Made by a program: the position numbers and the translations under genes
Notes under the pieces: model-generated
What the model saw: the letters and a program-made list of their open reading frames with translations, nothing else
What the model was told of the DNA's origin: nothing
The model's database searches: none
NCBI RefSeq assembly: GCF_009914755.1
Contig: NC_060943.1
Origin: the human T2T-CHM13v2.0 reference genome, Homo sapiens
DNA length: 64,000 nt
Reading direction: 5' to 3' (one strand)
Shown: piece by piece, positions 18,829-35,380 of the stretch
Position numbering within the stretch: the first letter of the stretch is position 1
Layout: each line of letters opens with the position of its first letter

Positions 18829-19131
18829 GGATGGGCACAGTGGCTCACGCCTGTAATCCTAGCACTTTGGGAGGCCAAGGCGGGCAGGTCACTTTAGGTC
18901 AGGAGTTCGAGACCAGCCTGACCAACACGTTGAAACCCCGTCTCTACTAAAAATACAAAAATGAGCCGGGTGTGGTAGTGCGTGCCTGTAATCCCATCTA
19001 CTGGGGAGTTTGAGGCAGGAGAATTGCTTGAACCCAGAAGGTGGAGGTTGTGGTGAACTGAGATCATGCCTCTGCACTTCAACCTGGATGACAGCGAGAC
19101 TCCATGTCAAAAAAACAAAAAAACAAAAAAA
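18829..19131 (+). mobile_element. Alu
   Basis: Alu consensus. Confidence 0.9.
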
Positions 19132-20136
19132 TACCACCTCAGTTTATAAGCTTCCTGTACAAGTTGGAAGACCCTGCTGGGCTGTATCCCTCCCCTGCCC
19201 CATCTGCTCCTCTCCCTGTCTGCATTGTTCCTTTGCATCGCATTGAAGATCTCAGGCCCTCCCGTAGGATGGAGCAGGAAAGATTCAGGCTAGACATGTC
19301 CCCATCAACCCCCACCCCTACCCACTGAACCCTGGAACTATGAGCAGAAACCACACCGCTCCTTCCCCAACAGAGGTTTCCTGCTGCTATGTGGCCAAAA
19401 GAGAGTGGGGAGGAATTCTCAGGACACCCAGAGGTGGTACAGTCCAACCTGACCACAGGGAGGGAACCCCGGCCCACACCTGCCCTGCCCAGGTGAGTGT
19501 GTAGAGGGGCGTGAGAAGGAGGTGGTCCAAGTCCTCCCTGATTCAAGAAAGCTCTGAATTTCCCCTGCAATGAGCTTAGTAGAATTCAGAGACCTACCTG
19601 TGACAACAGAGACTCAGAGTGCTCTGAGAAGCTCTTCATTCATTCATTCATTCATGCCATTGATATTTACCTTGCTAGGCACTGGGAATACGTGGGTAAA
19701 GACACGTATTCCTGCCCTCATGGGGCTTCTATTCCAGCAGATGAGAAGCCGACCAGAACAAAAATCAATCAGAGTCATTGCTAATAGCAGTCACTCACTA
19801 CACACCATTTGACATGTAAAGCAAGCTGACATGATAGTGGTTGTGGGAGAGGTGGGGAGAATTTCTCTAAGAAGGTGACATTTCAGCAAACCTTTGACTA
19901 TCAAGAATGACCTATCAGGAAGAATCCAGGCCTGGGAAAATCCAGAGAGAGCGAGACAGGGGAGGGAAACGGCAAACTGCCAAGGTTCAGAGGTGGGAAC
20001 GAGCGTGCACATCCAAAGGACTGGGCGAAGGCTGGTGCCTCTGGGGAGCAGGGTTACGTGGGGAGGGTCGGGGACTGGAGCTGGAGCGATTGTTTGGAGC
20101 CCGGTAGGCGCTATGTGTGTTTACTGACTGTACTAG

Positions 20137-20882
<746 letters not shown>

Positions 20883-21223
20883 GGACAGAGCTGGCTTGCG
20901 TTTGACGATCATTGCGTTCTGCGTACCTTGAACCGTTCCTGGCAGAAGGCAAGGACTCCAGCAATACATGGAGTGGGCGGGTGGAGAGAGCAGATAATAC
21001 TGATTTCAGTACCACTCAGAGGGCACTGTGACCGCCAACCGTTTGCAGAGGCGTGCGCAACTGTAGTTCTGCAGACCTTGGCTCAGGACGTGCTTTAGTG
21101 TGCCCGGAAGAGGCACCTGTGTCCCCGGCTGAGGCACAGCAGGCCTGGCCTCTCAATCCTCCTCTGCCATCCGTCCACCCTGTCCTCCCCTAGGGAGCAC
21201 CTACCTGGTGGGACCACTGAGGC

Positions 21224-21315
21224 GGGCTCGGGCTGTCACCAGGGAAACCGCAGCAGGGTGCGGAAGGCGAGGGGGTTGAGGAATGAAAAGAGGAAGTCCC
21301 CAAAACCAGACTTGG
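21224..21315 (+). promoter_or_regulatory. X-box module copy 4 (diverged)
   Basis: GGGCTCGGGCT-GTCACCAGGGAAAC (21235-21248)-CGCAGC followed by a purine-rich tract; GGAAGTCCCC at 21292-21301. Confidence 0.55.
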
Positions 21316-22641
21316 AGGGTGGGGACTCAAAACTTCAGCTTGGCACAAGTAGGTACTTAATAAACGTTTGTTGAAAAAAGCAATAAGTACCTTTCAAAGC
21401 ATTACCTGTCCCAAGTGTGTCTGGACTGAAACAAGAACGTCTTTTGTTGCAAAGCAAAATGCTCTGTGACCAGCTCGTACGGATGCCAGGAGAATGGGGA
21501 TCTTGTTTGTTCTCTGCCAATAGAAATGTATTAGTGAAAGTAAGACTTTAAAACCTCAGCACTAAGTGGTTTCGGCATTGACTGAGTGCCCAGCCGCTGT
21601 TTGAGCCACGTGGATGTGCTCGTTTTATTCTTAGAGTTACTGTGTGTGCATTCTGGGAGGCCAGCGGGGAAGTTTCCAGAAATTGTAAGAAGGTAATGGC
21701 GAAATGGATGGCTTAGGAACACAGGCAACACCTCGGCTGAGTTTGAGGCCACGGTCCGTGGCTCCGGAGCTCGGCGTCCAGCCAGGATGCTGGACTGCAG
21801 AATATGCCAACCTTCTTCTAGACCCATTTCCAGTGTTTTAAATGCTGATAGTACACGCTACCTCCTATTCCCTACATGTCCTAGGTGGGTGTTCATAGGC
21901 ACATACCATAAAATAAAAAATAAATATCATGAAATTAAAAATCATACAACAAATCATAAACTAAAAATAACATTAATAATAATAAGACCCACGTGCAAAG
22001 AGGGGGGAAAGCCTTCCCGCAGGGTCCTTGCGCATTGCTTCCTCCCACGTGACCCCAGACGAGCCGCCTCACTTCTCTGAGTCTCTTTCCACTTCTGATG
22101 CAGACAATGACGCCACGCGTCCCACCCCACAGGGCGGCTGGAAAAAGGAAATGAATCCGTGCGTGTGGAAACGCTTGGGATAGTGGCAACACATGCTCCT
22201 TATGACATCGTGTCAGAGAGGTGTTTGCACATCAAGCTTACCCAAATCTTCACTCCTGTTTTCAGCAGAGCTGCCCAAACCTCAAGACGGTCCTTCCTTC
22301 CCCTCCTCCTCTTGCAGCCCCTGCATTCCATCCCTGACTCTTCCGCGAGCTGCAGCAGGAAGGATTCAGGCCATACACATGAAGGAGCAAGGCTACCCCT
22401 GGGGCCAAGGCCACCCCTCGCCCACCCCCGTCTCTCCCACCCCGGGTAGCCGTCACTGCCGCAGAGCAGGGGGAACGTGTCCCAGGTCACTGCACCCTCT
22501 GCTGTGTAGGGACTGGGGTCATTTCTGACCCAACATCTTACTCTAGGGCCTGAGATTCAGTGTCGTGGGGGACTGAGTCTGAATCCTTCCCGGGCAGGGC
22601 TCACCAGCAGAATTCAGATGGAAACTGTAGAGTGCTGTCAG

Positions 22642-23377
<736 letters not shown>

Positions 23378-23635
23378 CTGCAGGAATCCAATTCTTTACT
23401 CTTTCGGGTGTAAGTGCTTATTTAGGAAGCCCTCCGGTAGGCTGGTCTGTGCTCCACGCATCGGGGTACAACGGTGAGCAGAACTGCAAAGAGCCTGTCT
23501 TTCTGCATCTTCCATTTTGTGAGAATGAAAAGAAAATAAACATAAAACTCAACCCAGGAAGAAGATAATTTCAGAAGATTCTAAGTGCAAGAAAGAAACA
23601 GAGTGAGGTGATACTAACGGGCAAATGTTACTTTC

Positions 23636-24575
23636 TTTTTTTTATTATTATACTTTAAGTTCTAGGGTACATGTGCACAACGTGCAGGTTTGTTACATAT
23701 ATATACATGTGCCATGTTGGTGTGCTGCACCCATTAACTCGTCATTTACATTAGGTATATCTCCTAATGCTATCCCTCCCCCCCTCCCCCCACAACAGGC
23801 CCCAGGGTGTGATGTTCCCCTTCCTGTGTCCAAGTGTTCTCATTGTTCAATTCCCACCTATGAGTGAGAACATGCGTTGTTTGGTTTTTTGTCCTTGCAA
23901 TAGTTTGCTGAGAATGATGGTTTCCAGCTTCATCCACGTCCCTACAAAGGACATAAATTCATCATTTTTTATAGCTGCATAGTATTCCATGGTGTATATG
24001 TGCCACATTTTCTTAATCCAGTCTATCATTGTTGGACATTTGGGTTGGTTCCAAGTCTTTGCTATTGTGAATAGTGCCACAATAAACATACATTTGCATG
24101 TGTCTTTATAGCAGCATGATTTATAATCCTTTGGGTATATACCCAGTAATGGGATGGCTGGGTCAAATGGTATTTCTAGTTCTGGATCCCTGAGGAATTG
24201 CCACACTGACTTCCACAATGGTTGAACTAGTTTACAGTCCCACCAACAGTGTAAAAGTGTTCCTATTTCTCCACATCCTCTCCAGCACCTGTTGTTTCCT
24301 GACTTTTTAATGATCGCCATTCTAACTGGTGTGAGATGGTGTCTCATTGTGGTTTTGATTTGCATTTCTCTGATGGCCAGTGATGATGAGCATTTTTTCA
24401 TGTGTCTTTTGGCTGCATAAATGTCTTCTTTTGAGAAGTGTCTGTTCATATCCTTCACCCACTTTTTGATGGGGTGGTTTTTTTTTCTTGTAAATTTGTT
24501 TGAGTTCTTTGTAGATTCTGGATATTAGCCCTTTGTCAATAGGAAGAATCAATAACGTGAAAATGGCCATACTGC
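23636..24575 (-). mobile_element. Young L1PA, 5'-truncated with a 5' inversion
   Basis: ORF 23847-24458 matches the L1 ORF2 C-terminus; sense ORF2 piece at 24540-24575; TSD GCAAATRTTACTTTC at 23621 and 24576. Confidence 0.9.
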
Positions 24576-25103
24576 GCAAATATTACTTTCAAAAGGAGGT
24601 CAGGAAGACTTCCTGGAGGAGGCGAATGCACGGTAGCACTCACTCCCAAAGGGTCGGAAGTACCCAGTAATGGGAAGATCTGGGGAAGAAGTTGTGGGCA
24701 GGTGCAAAGTCAGGAAGAAGCCTGAGGTGCCCAGACAACACAGCGGCACATAATGAGTGGTGGGGAGAGAGATAGGAGGGGAGGCTGCTAGGTGCTCAGC
24801 AGAGGCTGCGTTACAGATGGACCCTGAAGATGGGGGTGAGGAGACTTGATGGCTTGATACTGTTTGATAGCACTGACAGCTATTGGAGGGTGATGACTCA
24901 GGAACTTCCCTCACCAATAAGCGTTTCTTAAAAAAAATTACTCTGACTCTACAAATATATATGTATATATAATTTAACCACATTTTACTAGCATCTATGT
25001 TTGGGGGTTACTGACATCTCTCTATCTATCTATTTATCTATATATTTGGAGGATCAGAGTAATTTTTAAAAGAAGTGTCTATATATAATGTATGTAGAAA
25101 TAA

Positions 25104-25635
<532 letters not shown>

Positions 25636-26476
25636 TAAAGCACTGTAAACTATTTCACTTTTATTACTCCGGAAATTTATATTGCTTTTTATTTTCCGTA
25701 ACCTGAAGATATATGTGCTAGTTCCTTGGGGCTGGGACATTAAGATAAGTTGTGTGGTCCTTCCTTCCAACACAGCTACCACCCTGGGCTCCTCCTCTGG
25801 GCACACTGTGGGCGCCTGCTGCTCGCAAACTGTGATAAGGAAGGAGCTGTTTTTTCTAAGATCACTGGGATCCATTAAGGGCTCCGCAGGAGAAAGACAG
25901 AACTTCTCTTTAGGATGATGAAAGATGAGGGTGTCACAGGTGGTGACTCAAACAACAATTGAGAGGCAAAGGGGTCTGAACCCATCTGCAAATAAATATC
26001 ATTTGAATGAATGAACGAGTGTATCCAGGGGTGAAGCGGGAACAGAAGTCATGGTGAACCACTGACAGGAGGACCGTGGTGGGAACCCTTCCTGCGCTAT
26101 GAAGGCAGAGTTGAGGTGCTGTAGCCTAGACTGTAGGGAATCCCTTTTGCCACATCAGGTGACACCCACTGGTTCTAGATACTAAGATGTGGATATCACT
26201 GGGGGACCATCATTCAGCCCACCACAGATGGATGAGTAGAGAGGTTAATGGATGGAAGGATGGTAGGTGAAAGGATGGATAGTAGAGTAGATGGATGAAT
26301 AGTAAGGTGGATGATTGGATGGAAGAGTGAATGGATAGATGGGTATACAGATTGATGGGTGGTGGGTGGATGATTCCTGTGATCCCTGCCTCGCTTCTCA
26401 GCTAAGCTACTCTGATGTCCATCACTCTGACCTGTCCCCCGACAGACACTCTCACTTGGTACAGACCTCAGAAGCA

Positions 26477-26580
26477 GGCTCTGGTGGTCACCATGGAAAT
26501 GCGATTGGATGAGGAAGGTAAGTTGCTGAGGAGTGGGCAGAGAGACTCTCAGATGCTGGAAATTTCCAGACTCTGGAGTG
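26477..26580 (+). promoter_or_regulatory. X-box/kB module copy 5
   Basis: GTCACCATGGAAAT at 26487-26500, 57-nt spacer, GGAAATTTCC at 26558-26567, then AGACTCTG. Confidence 0.75.
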
Positions 26581-26816
26581 AAATTAAGGTGTGTAAAAGG
26601 GACTATAGGGGAGGGGCAAGAGTGAGACCACGGAGGAGGATGTTGCAATCGTCCAGGAATCATGGTGGTGGAGGTCACTAAGGTTGTGCAGCAGACACTG
26701 AAAGAAAAAGAAAATGGCTCCTGACAAAGGAGGGGGAAATAGCAGGAACAGATAGGAAAGGCATTTCTGACTGGAGACCTTATACACACTACAAAACCAC
26801 AAACATACCTTTAAAT

Positions 26817-27223
<407 letters not shown>

Positions 27224-27614
27224 TTAGAGTCAGGTGAGGGAGGATGGTGGCGGAGGCTGCAACACAGTGGCTGAGACATCGCTCTCAGCGTGTCACCGTG
27301 AGGTCTCCCAGGGAGGGTGTGGAGAAAACAGTGCCCAGGACAGAGCCTGAGAAACCTCACCGGGAAGATGGAGCATAACAAGGAAAGCATTACTCAACCA
27401 TTCTGTGTCACTGAAGTGTGTACACAATTAGCCCATCTGTTGCTCACCCTCCTCATTCACCAACCCCTATTCCAAGAAATTTAAATGCCCAAAATAGGAC
27501 TTCCCACCAGTGGGAGGTGTTGGCAGCCAACACAGAGGAGCAGCTCCAGAATCCAGGGAGTTTGTTTGAAATAAAACTGACCTATAACAAAGAGAGACAA
27601 GTATCTCTTCAATC

Positions 27615-28350
27615 CCTACCATCCCTCCACCTACCCACCCATCCATCCACCCATCCATGTATCCACACTTCCATCTAATGCACACAACTATCCAACTGTC
27701 CATCCATTCAGCCACCCATGCAACAACCCACCTAATGCATTAATTCTGTCATTCTTCCAATTATCACCACCCACCCATCACTTCATACACCCATCCACCC
27801 ACCACCCATCCATCCACATACCCCCATCCATCCATGCTTCCATCCAATCATGCACCCTACACCTGTCCCCCCACCCATCACTTCATACACCCATCCACCC
27901 ACCACCCATCCATCCACATATCCCCATCCATCCACCCACCACCCATCCATCCACATACCCCCATCCATTCACCCTTCCATCCAATCATCCACCCTACACC
28001 TATCCATCCACCCACCACCCATCCATCCACATACCCCCATCCATTCACCCTTCCATCCAATCATCCACCCTACACCTATCCATCCACCCATCATTCCATA
28101 CATCCATCTACCTACCCATCAATCTGTATACACATCTATCCATTCACCCTTCCATCCAATCATCCACCCTATACCTATCCACCCACCCATCATTCCATAC
28201 AGCCATCCACCCACCACCCATCAATCTGTATACACATCTATCCATTCACTCTTCCATACAATCATCCACCTTACTATTAATCCATCTACTCTACTATCCA
28301 TACTTCCACCCACCATCCTTCCATCCATTAACCTATCTACTCATCCATCT
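27615..28350. repeat. (CCAT/CCAC)-derived tandem repeat
   Basis: Repeated CATCCACCCACCACCCATCC...CCATTCACCCTTCCATCCAATCATCCACCCTACACC units. Confidence 0.85.
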
Positions 28351-29388
28351 GTGGTGAGCTGAATGATGACCCCCCACGTCTTAGTTTCCAGAATCTGTGA
28401 GTGTCACCTGATGTGGCAAAAGGGATTCCCCGCAGTCTAGGTTACAGCAACTCAACTCTGCCTTTATAGCACAAAAGTGGTCCTAGACAAAACACAAATG
28501 ATGGATGTGTCTATGTTCCAGCACAACTGTATTGTACAAAAGCAGGCAGGCCATAGTTTGGCAATCAGCCATCTTGTTCTGAATGATCAGGCCCCTACTT
28601 CACTTTCCGACAAATCTCTATCCACTTTTTCCCTTGCTCTCTCCACCGTAGCCACACTGGCTTCCTCGATGGTCCTCAGGCTGGGCAGTCATCAGCCTCA
28701 TGGCTTTTCAAGACATACATTCTTCTGTCTGGACTGTTTTTCTTCTTGATATTCCCATAATTGTTCCCTCCCTCCATTGAGATTCAAATATCACCACCTC
28801 CAAGAAGGCATCCTTGACTCCCAATCTAAAACACCCCACCCCTGCTCTTTGAATCTGACTTATTGTTCCTGATAACACTCGCCACCACCTGAAATCTTAC
28901 CTATGTTCCCATGTATCACCCCTGCTAGAATACTCATGTCCCAGCATGTGAATACATCTGTTGCGTTCTCTGCTGCACCCACCACGCTTGGCCAGGGTAT
29001 ACCACTAAGTATGCGCCCAGTAAATACCAGCTGAAAGACAGGATGGATGGATGCGTAAATGAGGGCATGAACAGCTGTCTGTCCTAAGAGTCCCCGGCTC
29101 CTTTTTTCACATTATTTCACTCTCCGTGTCTAAAGCAGTGTCTGGAGGGATGGGGGGGCTCGATGAATATGTCTGACTGAATAAGGACGTGAAATGCTGC
29201 TGCTTAGAAGATATTTGGGATTTCTGTCCACATCCACAGTGGCCCCTGAAGCCATTTTTCTACGTTTTGCGGAGACGCTGCTGCTGCTGACGCATTTCGA
29301 TGTGTGCAAAATACGCACATGAACAGCCGATACGGACACTTTTGATGTCCGTCCCTCTGCCCTGTTCCCTGCTCACTCGGTGCTCCCA

Positions 29389-29525
29389 ACCTTCTAGCGA
29401 ATGGTGCAGGAGCTCAGGTTGTTGCCATGGAAACCCCAGCTGGAATGGGGGAGGCAAGTGCGTGGGGAAGGTGTCGAGAGATCCGCAGAGGATGGAATTT
29501 TCCAGACTCTGCAGTAAGATGTGAG
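29389..29525 (+). promoter_or_regulatory. X-box/kB module copy 6
   Basis: GCTCAGGTT-GTTGCCATGGAAAC (29421-29434), 59-nt spacer, GGAATTTTCC at 29494-29503, then AGACTCTGCAG. Confidence 0.8.
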
Positions 29526-29744
29526 CTCCACATTGAAGGCCTGGACCAATCGTCTGGCCTCACCCACATCTCTACTGACCTCAGGACTCTCTGTGTCCGT
29601 AGCCCCTTTGGGTCTCCTCATACTCTTTGGCAGTCTGGAGTTCCGGGTCTATTTCTCCTGTGAGTCCTTTAGAAAGGCTGTCTGCTCCTTGCATCTCTCT
29701 CTTGCTCTCTCGCTCTCTCTCTTCCCTCTCTCTTTCCTCTCTCC

Positions 29745-29887
29745 TCTTCTTCTTCTTCTTCCTCCTCCTCCTCCTCCTCCTCCTCCTCCTCCTCCTCCTC
29801 CTCCTCCTCTCTTCTTCTTCTTCTTCTTCTTCTTCTTCTTCTTCTTCTTCTTCTTCTTCTTCTTCTTCTTCTTCTTCTTCTTCTTCT
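29745..29887. repeat. (CTT)n(CCT)16(CTT)~25 compound trinucleotide repeat abutting an Alu
   Basis: Seen directly. Confidence 0.95.
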
Positions 29888-30135
29888 CGATCTCAGCTCA
29901 CTGCAACCTTCACCTCCCAGGTTCAAGCAATTCTCCTGCCTCGGCCTCCCGAGTAGCTGGGATTACAGGCGCCCACCACCATGCCTAGCTAACTTCTTTG
30001 TATTTTTAGTAGAGATGGGGTTTCACCATATTGGCCAGGCTGCTCTCGAACTCCTGACCTCAGGTAATCCACCCAAAGTGCACCCTCGCCCTCCCAAAGT
30101 GCTGGGATTACAGGTGTGAGCCACTGCGCCTGGCC
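29888..30135 (-). mobile_element. Alu lacking its 3'-most bases
   Basis: Antisense Alu starts at GATCTCAGCTCACTGCAACC. Confidence 0.9.
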
Positions 30136-31709
30136 CTCCTTTCTTCTTTCTCTCTCTCTTTTCCTCCTCTCTCTCCTCTCTCTCTCTTTCTGTTCTCTTG
30201 CCTCTCTCTCTCTCTTTCCTCTCCCCTCTTCTTTCTCTCTCTCTTCCCTCCTCTCTCCTCTCTCTCTTTCTCTTCTCTTCTCTCTCTCTCTCTCTTATTC
30301 CCCTCTCTGCTCTCACTCTCTCTCTCACACACTCCCTCGGGCAAAATAACAACCCTGGATCACTCCAGTTCCCACTGCCCCAGATCCTCATTTTTGTTTC
30401 AGCTCTTATTGTCAGTCCAGGGGGTCCATGCTCAGGTTTGTTAAGTGGGTATATTACATAACTCTTAGGTTTGAGGTATAAATGGCCATCAGCACTGTAC
30501 CCAATAGGTGGCTTTTCACCTCCTGCCCCCTCCGTCCCTCTCCCCTCTAGAAGTCCCCGGTGTTTATTGGTCCCATGTTTATGTCCGTGAGTACCCAATA
30601 TTTAGCTCCCGCTCATAAGAGAGAACATGTTGTATTTGGTGTTCTCTTCCTGTGTTACTTCGCTGAGGACAGTGGGCAGCCTTGTGCTTTTAGCCATAAT
30701 CAGCAACTTGATTGGAATGAATTTCCAGCTGGGTCCCTTGTCATAGGAGGGCTCGTGGTACCTTCTGGGAAACATTCCTGCATGCCTGTCTGTTCCCATG
30801 TCTGCCAAAGTTGAGTCCACTCCGTGATCTTAAAAATTATGTATTATGTTTAGTTTAATAAACAGTATTATAGCACTTACTCTGTACCATTCAGTCACTG
30901 AGGCTCATTTGAGGTATGTTCTAATATTATCTCAATTTTCGTATGAGGAAATGGAAGGACAGGAATGGCAGTAAGTTGTGCACCTTCACCCAGCTGGTCA
31001 GCAGCAGATCTGGGGTTCAATGTCAGGCAGCAATCCCCCATAGTCTGTGCTTTAAAAAGACCAGGGCTGTGCCCTTGCTTGACACATCTCTGAGGGTGGC
31101 CCATGCTCTGATGTCCGTTTTAGAGATGAGGCAGCTGAGGTACCAGCCTATGACCTTAGAAACGAGTTAGTCATTCTCTGACTCTATTTCACTCAACTAT
31201 TTTAGTAATAACATTTTCAACAGAGTCTTCAAGGAGGGTTAGCTAGTTATTTGTAAATTGCATGCTACTGCAGCAATGTGACACACACACGCGTGCGCAT
31301 AAGAAATACATCATTTTTAAAGACAAAATTTAAAAAATAGAAATAATTTTCTCACAATGTCCCACTTAGGACCCCATTGGGCCAGGCAAGAGGGAGTGGT
31401 GGCTTAAAACAGGGTGGTGACAATGGAGATTGGGGAACTAGGGATGATTTGAAACATGTGGGTGAGAGCTAACCTGTGCAAAATGTATCTTGGGATTCTT
31501 GACCTGTGGGTGATGGACTGGGTTTGCTGGCAATTCGATCAGCTCTGACTTGCACTGTCTGTACTGGATGCTGTCCCACGGGAGCAGTGGATGGGTGGAT
31601 ATCTGTTTCTGGAGCTCATGAGGGAGTCTGGGCTGGGGATGGAGATTTGGGGACCCATTGACACAGGGGGTCATTGGAGATCAGATCACAGTGTTGTGCA
31701 TTGCACAAC

Positions 31710-32059
31710 TCCAGGGGGCACCATCCAGGGGCACCATCCACGGGGCACAACTCCAGGTGGCACCATCCAGGGAATACCATCTGGGGGCACCATCCAGGGG
31801 ATACCATCCAGGGGGCACCATCCAGGGGATACCATCCAGGAGGTACCATCCAGGGGACACCATCCGGGACACCATCCAGGGGGCACCATCCAGGGAATAC
31901 CCTCCAGGGGATACCATCCAGGGGGCACCATCCAGGGGATACCATCCAAGGGATACCATCCAGGGGGCACCATCCAGAGGGCACCATCCAGGGGATACCA
32001 TCCAGGGGGTACCTTCCAGGGGATACCATCCAGGGGGCACCATCCAGGGGGCACCATCC
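31710..32059. repeat. ~14-bp minisatellite (GGGGGCACCATCCA / GGGGATACCATCCA)
   Basis: More than 20 tandem units visible. Confidence 0.95.
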
Positions 32060-32194
32060 TTGCGGATGACGCTATGAGTAGGACCTCACCAAGATTGCCC
32101 TGGGAGTGCACGGGGAGAAAGAGGAGCATTCAGGACTTGATTAACTAATCAGAAAGACGAGAATTGATGATGAAAATATCACTCAACCTCCCCC

Positions 32195-33305
<1,111 letters not shown>

Positions 33306-34280
33306 ACCTCACAAGTGTTTTCATACAAAAAGGAGGCCATCTTTTGTAAAATGTCCATCCCAGAAAATAACCATCGATTATCCTTGTAGATTCACTGTTA
33401 CTTCCAAATATCTGTGTGTGTATGTGTGTATGTGTATATGTGTGCGTATCCCAAAGTCATGATATTCACATGGGGGTGGTGTAGACAGAAAACAGGGACT
33501 ACTAGAATTCAAAATTAACCCTAATCCTTGGAGAAGAAAAAAGGTGTCTATTCTATTTGTAGTATTCATCCAACCAACCATGTAAACATTTATTTACACA
33601 TCCACACATCTATTCACCCCACGTTGATCCATCTGCCCACCCACCCATCCTTCCACATAGTCACCCATCCATGAATCCATTCAACCACCCATCAATTGAT
33701 CCATCCACCCATCTATTCATCCAGCAAAGAAAGAAAATATATCTCCAAGAAAAAAATTGTGAGCTCCGTAATGATACATTTATTCATGTATTTATTCACT
33801 AAATGTAAGCTGAAAGTCACTTTCCAGCCCCTCTCTGAATTCGCCTCCACCCATTCTCTTCCTTGCTCACTCCTCTTCAGACACTGTGGCCTCCTGTGCT
33901 GTTCAAACGGACAAAAATCTTCATCTCCAGGTGTTTCCAGGCTCTGTTCCCTCTGCCCAGAATGGTTACTTCCCTGGTAATCCAAAGTTTCCCGCCCTCC
34001 CTTCACTCAGGTTGACTCAAATACCGCCACCTCCAGGAAGACCTCCTTGACCGGCTGCTCTGAAAGATCCCTCCTTCACTCCACATCTCACCTGCTTACG
34101 CTTTGTAGAACTTACCACGATCTGTTATTTTAAGTTAAACTTATTGACTGATAAACCCCCAAAGATAAAGGATTCATAAGAGGAGAGTTGTCTTGGCTTC
34201 AACCCTATCCATCACATTTAACTCAGTGCTGACCCATAGTGGGATGTCAGGAAATATCTGCAGAATATACATACATACAC

Positions 34281-34590
34281 TTTTTTTTCTTTTTGTTTTT
34301 CTTTTTGAGACAGAGTATCACCCTGCCACCCAGGCTGGAGTGCCATGGCATGATTTAGGCTCACTGCAACCTCCACCTCCCGGGTACAAGTGATTCTCCT
34401 GCCTCAGCCTCTGAGTAGCTGTAATTACAGGCGCCCACAACCACGTGCTGCTAATTTTCGTATTTTTAGTAGAGATGGGGTTTCACCATGTTGGCCAGGC
34501 TGGTCTCGAACTCCAGACCTCAGGTGATCCACCCACCTCGGCCTCCCAAAGTGCTGGGATTACAGGCGTGAGCCACTGCGCCCCGCCCAC
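34281..34590 (-). mobile_element. Alu
   Basis: Antisense Alu. Confidence 0.9.
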
Positions 34591-34869
34591 ATATACTTTT
34601 GAATGAAGAAAGGAATGAATGAATAATCTACCTGAGCACAGAGATTGGGCATTTATTTATTTATATTTATTCTATGGTTTTGTTTCCCAGATGCAGATGG
34701 AGCGTGTAAAACAGAAAGTGGCTCCATGCAGGCTGCTAGGTCTGCTCACCTATCTCATGATCTACACGCACACACAGCGCATACGGACTGAGTCAGTGCA
34801 CGCTAGAACATAAACTGCTTCTGTTGCTGGTGCTCAGAATAGATTCATGATTTTACTCTGAGTCAGTGA

Positions 34870-35380
34870 AGGCTCTCGCAGCCGCTGGTAAATTTGTTTT
34901 TCTCCTTCTTCAAAGATGGGTAGCAATGACGCACTTCAGCGCGCACAAGATCCGCAGTCGCACGGCTGAGGTTGAGACGGCGCCAGGCAGGCCGCGTCCC
35001 CAGTGATGCGAATCCGAAGCCCCCCGACCGCTGCCCTTCCCACGCAGGACCCCGCGATCTGCGGGGACAGAGGCGGCGCAGGCTGCTGCCATGGAAACCG
35101 AAGCTGGGGGAGGGAGTTGGGGGATGCAGAAGGGCCTGACAGCCCCTTAGAGGCCCGAATGTCCACCCCTCTGCAGTCAGGTTGTACCCAGTCACCAATC
35201 CCAGCCTGGCACACAGTAGGCCTGCAACATAGAGTGGAAAGCCACAGTCTGCGCCCCCCATCACCCCGGGGGAGGGGGCTCCCTCCAGCATCCTGGAGCC
35301 TGGCCTTCCTTGAATCCGTTTTCCGAAGGCGTTTCTATCCCGGGCCCCACGTCGCGGGGTGGCGCAACGTGAGCCATGTA
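34870..35380. promoter_or_regulatory. CpG-rich patch (weak CpG island)
   Basis: Many non-Alu CpGs (GCGCGC, CCGCG, GGCGGCG) in GC-rich unique sequence within a CpG-depleted background. Confidence 0.55.
35075..35185 (+). promoter_or_regulatory. X-box module copy 7 in a CpG-rich patch
   Basis: GCTGCCATGGAAAC at 35085-35098, 57-nt spacer, degenerate CGAATGTCCA at 35156-35165, then CTCTGCAGTCAG. Confidence 0.7.

Noticed and set aside
23847-24458. 203-aa ORF
   Set aside because: L1 ORF2 C-terminal fragment, not a host gene
31591-32148. Repetitive ORFs / CRISPR-like periodicity
   Set aside because: Simple minisatellite without unique spacers, in eukaryotic DNA
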